DNA of 64,000 nucleotides from Geosiphon pyriformis uo1 (lineage: Eukaryota; Fungi; Glomeromycota): contig JAAOMT010000786.1 of assembly GCA_016748015.1 (NCBI GenBank), positions 62,001 through 126,000 of the forward strand. The letters are read 5' to 3'. Positions 12,150 through 24,890 of this stretch are shown here, in pieces (positions within the stretch are counted from its first letter, which is position 1; each line of letters opens with the position of its first letter). The notes under the pieces are model-generated. The model was given only the letters and a program-made list of their open reading frames with translations. It made no database searches and had not been told where the DNA came from. Position numbers and translations under genes: made by a program.

Positions 12150-12600
12150 TATCTAAATCTTCTTATACTAAATTAAATCTTTATCTTAATCTTCCTGATT
12201 TATTGTTTTCTGAAAAAAAATTGTTTAATTGCATGGTAAAAAACACATGTTAGTACTTTTCTTTTTTTTGTACAACAAGCTCGTTATTATCTTTCAATTC
12301 CAGCAAGTTCTGTTCTTTCTGAACGTCTTTTTTCAGTAGCTGAAAATACTTTAACTGAAAAACGTGACCGACTTAGTCCAACAACTTTGTCTGATATTCT
12401 TTTTCTTAATATTTTTTTGCAGTATATTCTAAATAAAAATAATATATTACATTTTATATTATTATAAATCATATATTTATTATTTAGCCAATTACAATTA
12501 ATTTCTATATAGGGAAATTAATCAAATCGGTTAACCGGTTTAAACCATTTAATTTAATCAGTTAACTGGTTACAAAAATTTTAACTGGTTAGAATCACTA
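12150..12600 (+). mobile_element. hAT transposon 3' end: C-terminal dimerization domain and subterminal repeats
   Basis: AW*KTH...QARYYLSIPASSVLSERLFSVAENTLTEKRDRLSP at 12230-12410. AACCGGTT/AACTGGTT repeats at 12530-12590. Terminus ...GAATCACTA. Confidence 0.85.
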
Positions 12601-12782
12601 TATGTACACCTAAATTCACATTTTTAAAAATCTTTAGTTCTTAATTAGGTTGATCTGCATTCTAACTATCCAACACAATTTTTTTAAAATGGCCATCAAT
12701 GTCTTGAAGCTTTCGAAGTCCCCGAATCGATCATTAATCTTTGATTTATCACTCAACCTCGGACCAAAGAGTAGCATTAAAT

Positions 12783-15284
12783 ATGTTTGGAAATCTTGCG
12801 TCGAAAGGTTCTGGAGCGCTAGGGCAAGTTCAAATGTGAGTTGTTTGAGTCAAAGAACAAAAGCATATATGTTCTCGCTTTTTGGTTTCCTTTCACATTT
12901 CAACTTATCCTGCTCTTGATACTTCAAGCCATAATTTAGCCAAGACGGCGCGTTCACGGTGTTCCAGAAGGGCTTCTACCTCTTCCGAGATCAATAAATA
13001 CAGCAAATTTATCACTCAAGAGAAATCCCAAGGAGCCTCACAAGCCATGTGTGAGTAAACTTTTGTTAAACCCCTAAAAGAGCTTTATCATGAATACGAT
13101 AATCATTACATGGTTTTACATATCATGTCAGTGTATGCTACCGGCTTGAAACCGGAAGATATGAATAAAGCTCAAGTTGGAATTGCAAGCGTGTAAGTAT
13201 CAATGAGCTTTTCGATCCCTTTCCAAACTGACATATTTCCCTTTTTAATTCTTCATACACAAAGGTGGTATGAAGGTAATCCATGTAATATGCACCTTCT
13301 TGACCTAGCTGCTAAGGTTAAAGAGGGAGTACAAAAAGAGGGATTGATTGGCTATAGGTTTAATACCATTGGAGTCAGTGACGGGATAAGCATGGGTACG
13401 CGTGGTATGAGTTATTCGTTACAGAGTCGAGATTTGATTGCTGATTCTATTGAAACGGTAACTATCAAAAAGGAAAATTTATAAAGGTAGATGAGTTTTC
13501 CTTACTAACTTTTTGACCTTAATAAAGGTGATGGGTGCTCAATGGTATGATGGAAATATTACTATTCCAGGTTGCGATAAAAACATGCCTGGGTGCCTGA
13601 TTGCGATGGGTCGGCATAATCGCCCTTCATTAATGGTCTATGGGGGAACCATTCGTCCTGGTCAATCTCTTTGTGGTCAGGGTTCTTTGGATATTGTATC
13701 AGCATTTCAAGCCTATGGCTCTTATGTTGCCGGAAATATAACGGAGGAAGAGCGCTATGATATCATAAGGCACGCTTGTCCTGGTGCTGGAGCATGTGGT
13801 GGAATGTACACTGCTAACACAAGTATTTTCAAGTTGCTTGAATTTAGTTTCTATTTTTAGAAATAATCCTTCAATATTCTCTGCCACATTTTTTATTTAG
13901 TGGCTTCTGCCATTGAAGCATTGGGCATGTCTCTTCCTTACAGCTCTTCAACGCCAGCGGAATACCCTGGTAAACTTCAGGAATGTTTAGAGGCTGGGAA
14001 AGCAATACGCAATCTTCTCGAAAAGGATATCAAACCCAGGGATATTATGACACGAAAATCCTTCGAAAATGCTATTGTTACAACGATGATCCTAGGAGGG
14101 TCAACTAATGCTGTTTTGCACTTAATTGCCATTGCCAAATCCGTGAATGTTGATTTGCAACTGGAGGACTTTCAGAGAATCAGTGATTCGACCCCTTTCT
14201 TGGCTAATCTTAAGCCGAGGTAAAAATCTTTAAATAATGGTGCATCTTAATTATTGCGTCAATTAATTATGAAAAGTATTTTTAATTCCAAGTGGCAAAT
14301 ATATTATGGAAGATTTGCACAAAATTGGGGGTATTCCGGGTAATTGTGGATTTGTTCTGTTTATAAGCATACAAAGGCTTTAGAGGTCAATTGTTTGAGC
14401 CAGTAAAACAATTTTCCTATCCCATTACTTCCTGTAGCCGTTTTGAAATATTTGTTGCAGAACAACCTTATTAGCGGGGATGCTCTCACTGTCACCGGCA
14501 AGACCCTGGCTGAAAACCTTGAGTCTGTAAAAGAATTACAGTTTGACCAAGATATAATCCGTCCTTTATCAAATCCCATTAAAAAAACAGGTCATATACA
14601 GATCCTCTGGGGAAATCTAGCGCCTGAAGGCTCAGTAGCTAAAATTACTGGCAAAGAAGGTTTGGTTTTTAAAGGAACGGCTAAAGTCTTTGAGGGTGAA
14701 GGAGATATGCTGCGTGCCTTTGAAAGAGGAGAAATAAAGAAAGGACAAGTGATAGTAATTCGTTATGAAGGTCCAAAAGGGGGTCCAGGGATGCCAGAGA
14801 TGTGTAAGTGCCCATCTCAACTTTCTCGACTTATAAATGGTTTTCTTACTTTTTTGAATTAACTTTTGGATCAGTAACACCTACAAGTGCTATAATGGGT
14901 GCCGGGCTTGGTCAAGATGTCGCACTTTTGACAGATGGCCGTTTCTCCGGTGGAAGTCATGTAAATTCCTTTTAATCATCGCTTTTCATCTGGTGCGATT
15001 CTTTTAATTAAAAGAAACATATGTTTCTTTCCCTAAAGGGTTTTATCATTGGGCACATCACCCCTGAAGCTCAATTGGGGGGTCCCATAGCTTTGGTCGA
15101 AAATGGGGATAGTATCGTCATCGATGCTGAGAAAAATATCATCAATGTTGATCTTTCAGAGGAAGAATTGGCTAAACGAAGAAATGCTTGGGTAGCTCCT
15201 CCTTACAAAGCAACGCGAGGAACTCTATATAAATACATTAAGAATGTAACAACAGCCACACATGGTTGCGTAACTGATGAATAA
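12783..15284 (+). CDS. ILV3: Dihydroxy-acid dehydratase (multi-exon; first exon uncertain)
   Basis: [83 protein letters not shown] and GCVTDE* across GT-AG introns. Confidence 0.97.
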
Positions 15285-15388
15285 ACCGCTAAGGTGACAT
15301 GTTATTACAAATTTAAACATAATTGGTATCAAAAAAAAATTAGGCAATTCATATCTAAAGTTAGCAATTTATCTTTTTCCAAAACGAT

Positions 15389-16548
15389 TTAACCATTAAC
15401 CTCCTTAAACAAGGTCTTATTGTTTTCAGTTTCTGCTTCAACCAACTTTCCGTGTGGTATTGGAATAGCACCTGTCGCCCAATCGTATAAATGCCTGCAT
15501 AATTCGTTGATAGCTAGTCATTAAAAATTCTTGTACAGAGTGATTAACGGATAAAAGCAAGGTTTTGACACCTACTGGGCTAAATCATTTATCGGTGTAT
15601 ATTTCGAAAAATCGGCATTTGGGGTGGATTCTCGCGCAATAGGAGTATCAATCGTCTTACTGTGATAGAAACAAAAATTAGAAATTAATAGAATCGGGAA
15701 AATATATTTGAACCTGGATTGACTTACGGCAATAAACCGGCCACTTTGACATTCTTGGGTAGCCCACTGCCAGGAGCAGCCAAACTGTAAACTAATTGAT
15801 GAACTCCCGCTTTGGCAACACCATAACCGATGAACGCTGTAAGATAAATGAGTTAATAAAGCTATTAAAAACGTAGAGAAGCGAATTGAATCTCACCGGG
15901 AGTTGCGCGCAAGCCCGCGACGCCAGTTACCGTTAAAATGCCGCCTCTGAATTTTTCCACATATTATTACTATTCTTTGTAATTTACCGTAAATTATTCA
16001 TATGTTTTCCTTTGAACATACTCTTTTAAGTATAACACAGCCAATTGTGAGGAGATCAGGGATGGCCACACAGATTTCCTTAACATTAAATCAGAATTTT
16101 TCAAAAAATCTTTGACACCACAAATATGTTAGTATCAACAAACCAAATTTTTAGATTTTGAATATTACAGCAATTCAGAAATCAGAGCTTGTTCAACCTT
16201 TATGTCCAACGTTCCCCATTGCAAATCCACCCGCCACAGAAATAATAGCGTCAAATTTTTCATCAAGCTCTAGGATTTCTTTGACAGCTTTCGAGACTTT
16301 TTCCCCTTGTTCTTGTAATGAAAGTTCAAGGGGGACTACGACATTATATGTTGCCTGAGGGTGGGGGCGCGTACCCACCGAAACTACCTCCTAATAAAAG
16401 GTAATCAAGAGATTAAAAGGATAAAAAATATTATGTCAAAATCTAAAAGGTGGTACTCTATACCCACCCAGCCGTGCTTGAGAAACAACGCTACAACGCC
16501 CGTACCTAAAGAGCCAGAGCCACCATATATAATAGTTTTGAGCACCAT
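15389..16548 (-). CDS. QDPR: Dihydropteridine reductase-like short-chain dehydrogenase (7 exons)
   Basis: IIYGGSGSLG Rossmann motif, DAIISVAGGFAMG, GYGVAKAGVHQLV (YxxxK), GSGLP and TIDTP...ADFSKYTP. Confidence 0.88.
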
Positions 16549-16606
16549 TTTTGAAGTCGAGCAAAAAGCATATTCGATTATTTATATCTTCTATGACTTC
16601 AGATTA

Positions 16607-16614
16607 CACGTGAC
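16607..16614. promoter_or_regulatory. CACGTGAC E-box (Cbf1/bHLH-type) in the ~130-bp divergent promoter between QDPR and LMW-PTP
   Basis: Exact GTCACGTG on the minus strand, midway between two divergent ATGs. Function is inferred. Confidence 0.35.
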
Positions 16615-16681
16615 CAAGTATAGTAGAATTAATTTTGGGAGGTGCAGATAATCCCACCAAATAATTTCTCAGGGACATTTA

Positions 16682-17536
16682 ATGAGCGAAGCGAAAATCA
16701 AAATTTTGTTCGTTTGCTTAGGTAGGCATAGAAATAATAACAATCTCGTAGCATATATTTTTGTGCTATTTCTCGAGTTGATCATTTTAATATATCAATA
16801 GGTAACATTTGTCGCAGGTATGCCAACAATGCATTCTCCGTTCTCGTTTCCTTTCGACTAATATCACCTTATTTATCAGCCCTATGGCTGAAGCTGTGTT
16901 TGCACACACAGTTCAGCAAAAAGGATTAAAAGACCGCTTTCATATCGATAGTGCTGGGACTGCTGGATATCATGTTGGAGAACGTCCTGGTATGTCCAAA
17001 ATTGAGATGGAAGTTATTCATTTCAAATTGAGGGTATAAGACCTCAATTTAACATATTCTGTATCCAGATAATAGGTCAATTCAAACCTGCAAAATTCAC
17101 AATATCCCTGTCGACTCGTATGCAAGACAGGTTGTCATTTTTATCCACCATTTGTTCACCATTATATTTCTACTTATCTCTATCATTGGTCATTCATTTA
17201 AAGGTGAAAAGGGAGGACTTTCGTGAATTTGATTATATTTTATGTATGGACAATTCAAATCTAGCGGATCTTAATGATTTGAAACCAAAAAACTCAAAAG
17301 CAATTGGTAAAAGATCTATAGATCACTACTTTTTAGAATTTATATTTTAATCATTTCGCTTATAGGAGTATAATTTTCCTTTTTTTTTTAAAGTGAAACT
17401 TTTTGGCAATTACGATCCTCAAGGAGACCTCATAATTCGTGATCCGTACTATGGTGGAAACGATGGATTTGAGGGAAACTTTCAACAAGTTACTAGATGT
17501 TCAGAGGGTTTTTTGCGGACATTGAATTTAGAATAA
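16682..17536 (+). CDS. LTP1: Low-molecular-weight protein tyrosine phosphatase (6 exons)
   Basis: ILFVCLG|NICRS|PMAEA P-loop, IDSAGTAGYHVG, FDYILCMD and IRDPYYGG. Confidence 0.95.
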
Positions 17537-17789
17537 ATAGTTCTATTCATTTAAATGCGTTTGGATCATTATAGTAGATAAAGTTGTCGTTTTAATGTTA
17601 GATGATTGTACAATTTGGAAACCCAATTTTTATTTTCGAATACCAACAACGAGTCAGTACTTTCTATCCTTTTTTCATCAAAATAGGGTTTAAATGAAAA
17701 CTTGAAACGCGGGATAAAGGAAGGTAAAGAAGCACCAATTTTTTCATTTATATGTTACATTAAATCATTTACAAGTAGTATGTTTTTTT

Positions 17790-18971
17790 TCACTCCGAAT
17801 TGCTGGCTGCCGGGATCAACTCTTGCATAGAAATAGGAAGTTTGCATAACTCGAGGAATAGTAAAAGAGTATAGTGCGCATCGTTCCCTTGAGAAAACAA
17901 TAAGAATAAATATTAACGTCATAATAACAGTAAGAAATAAATTGCGATTTACAAGAAGTCTTCCAGGTTACCGGCATTATGTAAACAATAATTTTCAATA
18001 TGAAGTTGATCCAACAAGCGGCCTAAATTGATTCGTTCATGAGGCCTCCCCACTCTCGCAGCATTCATTTCGGCAGTATCAAAAAGCTCTAGAGGCTTAA
18101 TAACTTCCTGTACTTTGACACCCATACTCTCCAGATATTTTATATCCATTTTGATATCATGTCCAACAAATACTACATTACCATCATTATCTTCAGTCAA
18201 ATCTTTAAGAATCTCGGTAGAAATAGTCTTTAGGCTTTCCCAGACAGTTTTCCCGAAAGTAAAGCGATCTTTCATGTCGGGAACGAACTGTCCATTTTTT
18301 AGATGCCTGTATTCTGTCACACAGAAATGTCGATCCATAAATAAATCCGTCTGCGCGTTGTACATGCTCCATCCAACCTCCAGAATACATGAATGGTCTT
18401 TCTCATAACTTTCAATATCAACGGCCACAAATAAGTATTTTTTCTCCTGATGCATAGCTTGTGCCCTCTCCAATGATTGTATCAATGTACGAAGTTTCGC
18501 GTCAGCACGTACCGTTTTGTTGAATTTTTGAATTTCTTTATTAACTTTATTGAAAATGGTTGGCGAGTCGATAAAAGTAACTTCAACGTTGTCATATTTG
18601 ATATTCTGAACAACGGGTACAGTATCAAATGATTTCAAAAGGTATGATTCCAACTCCTTTTGGATAATTTTGACGGCTTCCACAGAGACAAGCAAATAGC
18701 GCCTGCCGTCAATGGGGCTGGTACCTATTAGCAATAAAATTGATAATTATTTAATTAATTAAAAAAATGAATTGTTTTGGGAATTGAACTTTATAGCATG
18801 TGACAAGATTAGAAAACAGTCACCGAGGAAAAACTCCGTTCCAGAATGGCTGTTAAAAAAGTTTCCTGGAGCAAAAAACGCTTCTATTTTCTTTGCAACC
18901 ACATCATCCCTAACTGCTTTGACCCAAAATTTACTAATATATGAATACTGTAAATAAATGGTAGCCGACAT
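17790..18971 (-). CDS. DEDDh 3'-5' exonuclease of the Gfd2/YDR514C (QIP-like) family (3 exons)
   Basis: VAVDIESYE, ILEVGWS, VGHDIKMD, LFDT and LHNAG|NDAHYT. Confidence 0.8.
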
Positions 18972-19234
18972 GGTAGGTAACAGCGCTTGTCGCGACTAGA
19001 GGAAGAAATTGCGTCGATAATTGTATACTGGTATACGGGTATGAGTGTGTTTAATGATTTTCTCGTGGGAATATAGATAAGCTCAGTATCGTGATATTAG
19101 TTGAGGCTTTTCAAAATTTGAACAGCGGCTAGAACACCCAGAATTATCCGCTTTACGGAAAAGATGAAGGTAATTTTCTAGTAAATAAATCAATGCATTT
19201 GGTCTAAAATTAAGACGCGTTTAATTACTAAACC

Positions 19235-20096
19235 ATGTCGAAAGTTGAAAATAATTCTGGCACCTCAACTTTACAATATATCCCTTACTCTTCTGAGTTA
19301 CAGTTACCTGGAATCATGTCTTTAATTGAGAATGATTTATCTGAACCATATTCAATTTACACTTACCGTTATTTTATTAATAATTGGCCAAATTTATGCT
19401 TCATGGTATGTTTAAAATTCTCTGTCAGAGTTTTCTAGTATGCACTAACTCCTTTGCTAAACTAGCCTTTGCTTTTAAAAAAGGAATCTTATTGATTTCC
19501 TTGGATTTTATTGTATTAGTGATTCATTATTGATAAACCTTATATTTAAATAGACGATGGATCAAGAACAGTGCATTGGGGTCATTATATGTAAACTGGA
19601 TCGACATCATGAAGCCCTAAGAGGGTACATTGCTATGCTAGCTGTCAAAAGAGAGTATCGAAAACGAAAGATCGGTTTGTACAAGAGTTAATTCATAATA
19701 AATATCCTTTTTCTTTCTTTTTGTTTGGTTCTTGAATAATCACTATCGATTCCCGTGGTTGCGATCAATGAACGTTAGGGACAAAATTAGTAAAAATGGC
19801 GATTAACGTGATGAAATACCAAAACGCTGACGAGGTATCATTTGATCAAGTTTAACTGCTTGAGTAAATGTTTCCTCATGCGTGGTATAAATCTCCTCTG
19901 ATATTTATCTAAAATATAGATTGTCCTTGAAACTGAAAATACCAATGTTGGTGCACTCTCTTTATACCAAAACTTGGGTTTTATAAGAGATAAACGATTA
20001 TATCGATATTATCTTAATGGGGTGGATGCATTCCGTCTAAAATTGTTTTGTAAAGGCGAAAACCATTTGGTCAAAATTGAACATGATAAACAATGA
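19235..20096 (+). CDS. NAA30: NatC catalytic subunit (N-alpha-acetyltransferase 30 / Mak3; 4 exons)
   Basis: [29 protein letters not shown] and [24 protein letters not shown]. Confidence 0.95.
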
Positions 20097-20219
20097 AGAC
20101 GGAAGAAAGATAACGTTCTTGTTGCCAACCACCTCAACAGTGGCGTGATTTTTATATATAATAAATCTAAGCAGGAATTTGCGCATTATTATTGATTAAT
20201 TAATATCAAATAGAAAACA

Positions 20220-21710
20220 TTATTGTTCTATGAATTGCCATATTCTTATGATTCCATCATCTCCCGCACTGGCCAGTAAATTAGCGTTGACACTCGACGG
20301 AAACCACTGTACACAATTAATGTCAGCAGCTCCATGAGCTGATGAGATTGATGCTACCATGGTAAAATTAGGATCAGATGATGAAATTTGTTCAAATATT
20401 CGTATAAAATTATCACCACTCCCACTTGCAATTCGCCCATGGATTTTGGACCAAGACACAGAATAAATGCATCTTTGGTGATAACCACTTAGAGTGGATA
20501 TACATTTCCATTTCGGATCAGCCCGAATACTCCCAATACTTTCAGTAATAGTTGGAGGATAACGCCGCCAAAATTTCAGAGTCTTATCGTCAGAGGCGGA
20601 TACTTATGCAAAACGTAGCCCAAGAGCTTTAGTGTAAGAGTTCGGATACTTTATGTCAAAGGATGAAATTTGATAAAGCAAAAATGAATTATTTCTCACC
20701 TAAGCATTCTCCCGTCTTATCAAAATCAAGACCCCAAACTGTGCTTTCATGTCCCTCTAACGTATCAGAACAATACCAATCATCATCATCATCTTTCCAT
20801 ATTTTTATTGTATCATCATAACTTGCCGATGCTAATAACTTTAGATGAGGGTTAATGGATTGATTTTGAATTTATTTTATTTAGGTCGGCCAAATGCAAA
20901 ATTTATCATATAATGTGAACAAAAATAGAATATGATCAATTATTATTACTTCTTCCGTTGGATGCCAGATGACCATTTTGACATCTTGAATGTGTTCTTG
21001 TTGTACACTTATACATTCAAATTCGTTATCAGCCCCCACTAGGTTTTCAGTGAATTGTTATAAAAGCGATGTTAACACATAGAATTACAAAAAATAATTT
21101 CGAATGGGAATACCCTACATTACCTTCCCATATCCAAACACTTTTATCGCGACCACAAGTAGAAAGTAATAAACCTGTAGAGGACCATGATGCCGCTTTC
21201 GTTTCATTTTCATGACCCTCTAACGTGGCTACACATTCATAGTCTTATTGGTTGTTGCATTTTGTAAATCCAAGAGTATATGTAAATTAGAAATTGTGCC
21301 AAAAATCTAAGGTGAATCAAACAGAGTGATTGTTGAAATCCTAAAAATTACCTCCACCGTCTGCCTCTCGTTCCCAAATCCCTGTGGTGGCATCAAAGCT
21401 AGCTGTCGCTAACTGACGACCATTCGGGCTCCATGCAACACTTCGTATTGTTCGCTTATGAGCTCCTTCTAAAACATTTATACAAGTCCAATGTCTGGGT
21501 TCAGTTGGAGATTGTACCCATAAACGGACTGTTTTGTCGCCACCACAACTTGCCAGCATAGTCCCTACGGGCGACCAAGAAACTGACCATACTCTATCGG
21601 TGTGTCCTGAATGAATTGAAACTTTATTTTATACACAAACGTGACTAAGTTAATAAGTTAACTAAAGTAAACTTGCCTTTGAGCTCTGCTAGAAGTTCCA
21701 AACGCCCCAT
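20220..21710 (-). CDS. CIA1: WD40 cytosolic Fe-S assembly protein Cia1 (6 exons; first intron GC-AG)
   Basis: [66 protein letters not shown] and LLASAGDDG. Confidence 0.95.
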
Positions 21711-21912
21711 TATCAATTTTTTAAAAGCTTTCGAGATTATGCAAGTGAATCTTCGAACGACGATCAATCCAATCAGTATTTATAGTCCGTACTTTTAAAA
21801 CATTCATCTCCTACTACCATTTTTAATATCTTTTCTCTCAATACAGCCTCTTCAGTAAAGCCTTATTTAATTACTAGGTTTTAATTAAGTACAACCCATT
21901 TTGGTAGACCAA

Positions 21913-22690
21913 ATGAGTTTGCAACATTTGATTCCTCCTTTGGTATTCGGAGATTCATCCCAAGTTTTGCGAATTGTGCTCTTTAGCCGACTGTGTTTTG
22001 GAAGCCAAAATTACAAATTTTCAATTTTTGATCAAAATTAGAATTATGGCATGATAGAAGAAGATTTGTACAGATCAGGACAACCTAATGAGCTCAATTT
22101 CCCTTTCTTGGAAAAACTTGGCCTCAAAACGGTGGTCTGGTTGGCACCAGAAGAGCCAAATCAACGTTTGTAAGTTTGAGATTGTTCACCAATATTTTCT
22201 ATATCTTTGGCGTCGAAGCTTCAAATATCACGGTTTCTATATTGGCTTTCTCCCTAAAATTACAGCTTGAATTTCATTGACGATCAAGAGATCAAACTTT
22301 GCCATCTTGGAGTAATTTCATCGGTAAACGCATGGGATCCGATTACTGAAGAAGTGGTTTTGGAAGCATTGGAGTTAATTCTTAATCCTAGAAACTATCC
22401 AATGATTGTAATGTGTAATTTAGGTCGCCATCGAACAGGTTTAGTTAAATGACCGACATTTCACTAAATTGTTTATTTATTAACCTATAATGATTAATAC
22501 TTTATCTATGTTCGGCAAAGGTACCATTGTTGGATGTCTTCGCAAACTTCAGAGATGGAATCTCACTTCAATATTCGAAGAATATCGTCGATATGCTGGA
22601 CCAAAAGTTCGAGTTCTCAATGAGCAATTCATCGAGTTATTTGATACGGACCTGGTCAGAGTTCCTGTGAATCCCCCTAAATGGCTTTGA
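21913..22690 (+). CDS. OCA1: Oca1/Siw14-family atypical tyrosine phosphatase (4 exons)
   Basis: LIPPL|[32 protein letters not shown]|[13 protein letters not shown] and NEQFIELFD. Confidence 0.85.
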
Positions 22691-23289
22691 TATATTCGTT
22701 TTGGTCGAATGTGTTGCAACGAAATTTGTTTCTCCGGCAATCCCAAAGAAACAATCCCATTTTTGAACGGAGTAACAAATCTCTGGTTTTATTTAATGTT
22801 TTTTAAAGGATTTTTATTTTTAAAGTTTTATAGGTAACGATTCATTATAATCAAATAACAAAGGCCACCTTTAAAATAGCTATTGAAAACTTACGACAAA
22901 AAAGAACTCGTCAACCTAGAAGAAAATTTCAGAGACAAAAATTTAATGCTTCTAGCCTTCTACCCCAAATGTTCAAAAATGTAAAATATATGTTAAATAT
23001 ATGTATAAATATTTTATATTTAGGGGATCATTTAGAAAGCACGAGTAGAAGAGGAAATATAGAATAGGGAATAAAATTTAATACAAATAGCATCAAAGGG
23101 ACAAGGGGTGCATAAAATGGACATATAAAATCGGAAGGGTACCGAGAAAATTGCCTTTTAATACAAAAAAATTTATAAAAGATTGAGAAAAGAAATCTGA
23201 TCAAAAAATATTATTACTGCAAGAGTCCAATTGAGCCTAACTCGAGCATAGATGTCAGAATTTCCGTGCAAGATAAAAGGAATAAATTC

Positions 23290-24890
23290 TTAAGCAACAG
23301 TAACATCATTTTTCTCGTCAGTTGGAGCGACCTCGTCATGAAAGGTGGTGACCTTCTCTTCATCCCCTGATTGAACATGCTGATCACTTAATGCGACTTT
23401 GATGACCAATTCTCGTTCTTCAGATTTTACGCCTTTCAACCCTTCAAGGGCTTTAGTTTGTTCTGCTTCATCCGACAATTCTACGAAACCAAATCCTTTG
23501 GAACGACCACCACGACGACGAACAACATGAGCAGATGTTACACTATAGTCTTTGAATATTTCTTTTAAGCCTTCATCATCAACGGAGAAGGGCAGATTAG
23601 CGACAAAAACACTAGTTTTTGATAGGTCACCAGTTTTTGCAGCACCAGCTGCTTGATTCGAATTGGGATTAGAAGTAGAACGGCGACGAGAAGGAATACG
23701 ACCACCACGGCCACGACCACGACCACGGCCACGGCCACGACGGAAACCACGAGTAACTTTTGATGTGTTGGTGGTGGAGGTATCCTCATTGGTGCCATTG
23801 GCGGTTGGGGGTTCAGAGGCATTAACTGCGGTAGAATCAATAGTTTCTGGAGTGTTTTCAGGACCGTCTTCCCCACGATTAGAGAAGCGACGACGAAATT
23901 GCTATAATTGAGAAAAAGTATAGAAAAAATTGGTATATAAGATCGTTTATTTTTCCCGATTATTCAATAGAATATTTGATTTGAGAATGGATCAGATATT
24001 CGATTAAATATGAAATAATGAGCTTAGCCATAGAAAAATGTGAGAATTATATATATACCCAACTACCACGTCCTCTACCACGTCCACGACCCCTACCACG
24101 CCCTCTGCCCCTACCACGAAATCCAAACCTTCCACCACGTCCACGACGCGCGCCAGAGTTTCTCCATTGGGAATCAGTCACACCATTATTACCTGAGGTG
24201 TTTTCGTTCTTTGGTTTTGCAACTTCTACATTAATTTGACGACCGCCTAATTGTTCTCTATTCAGTTCAGCGACAACCTTGTTGGCGTCTTCCTCGGTCT
24301 CGAGAGCAACGAAACCGTAGCCAAGAGAACGAGTACCGCGGGTAATTATATTAGCTTTAACACTAATTTCATATATTCAAAGAAAAAGAATAGTAGGAAA
24401 GAATCATCAGTCATTGAATTGGAGGTTAAATATCTAGAAGAAATAGCTTGTATCATGATGGCATGAAACTTCAATAATCAGGAATTTAAGTTTAATTCAT
24501 AAGTAGTTTAAGATTATAAAATTTTCCCTAATTCTAATTTGCAAACGGCCATATTGGCGCAGTTTTTAACAAGTTAGCCTCGAAAATCACTTACACTTTT
24601 CCAACGTTTCCAAAAAATTCGGCAAGTTCGGCTTCGGTAGTTGTGAAGGCTAAGTTACCCACAAAAACTTTGAATCCGGCCTCCTCTTCTACAATACTTT
24701 CTGTTTCGGTAATTTCGGCTATGACCGTCTTTTCTTCTACGGCCTCAACGGCAGAACTAGTCTCATTCCAGCTATCTGCCTCAACAGCAGAACTAGTCTC
24801 ATTCCAGCGGGTTTCTACATCAACAGCAGAACTAGTCTCAGTGACAGTCTCGTTCCGGTGGACATCTACCGCTTCGTTGTTTTCTGACAT
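23290..24890 (-). CDS. RRM-RGG-RRM RNA-binding protein (Sbp1-like architecture; 3 exons)
   Basis: RRM1 VFVGNL / SLGYGFV, two RG-repeat tracts, RRM2 VFVANL / SKGFGFV. Confidence 0.88.

Noticed and set aside
12783-21710. Biosynthetic or Fe-S gene cluster (ILV3 as self-resistance gene, ILV3 with CIA1)
   Set aside because: No terpene cyclase, P450, PKS or NRPS is present. The neighbours are unrelated housekeeping genes, and Ilv3 (mitochondrial) and Cia1 (cytosolic) act in different compartments.
23663-24239. Plus-strand (PR)n ORFs
   Set aside because: Antisense shadows of the RG-repeat tracts of the minus-strand RRM gene.
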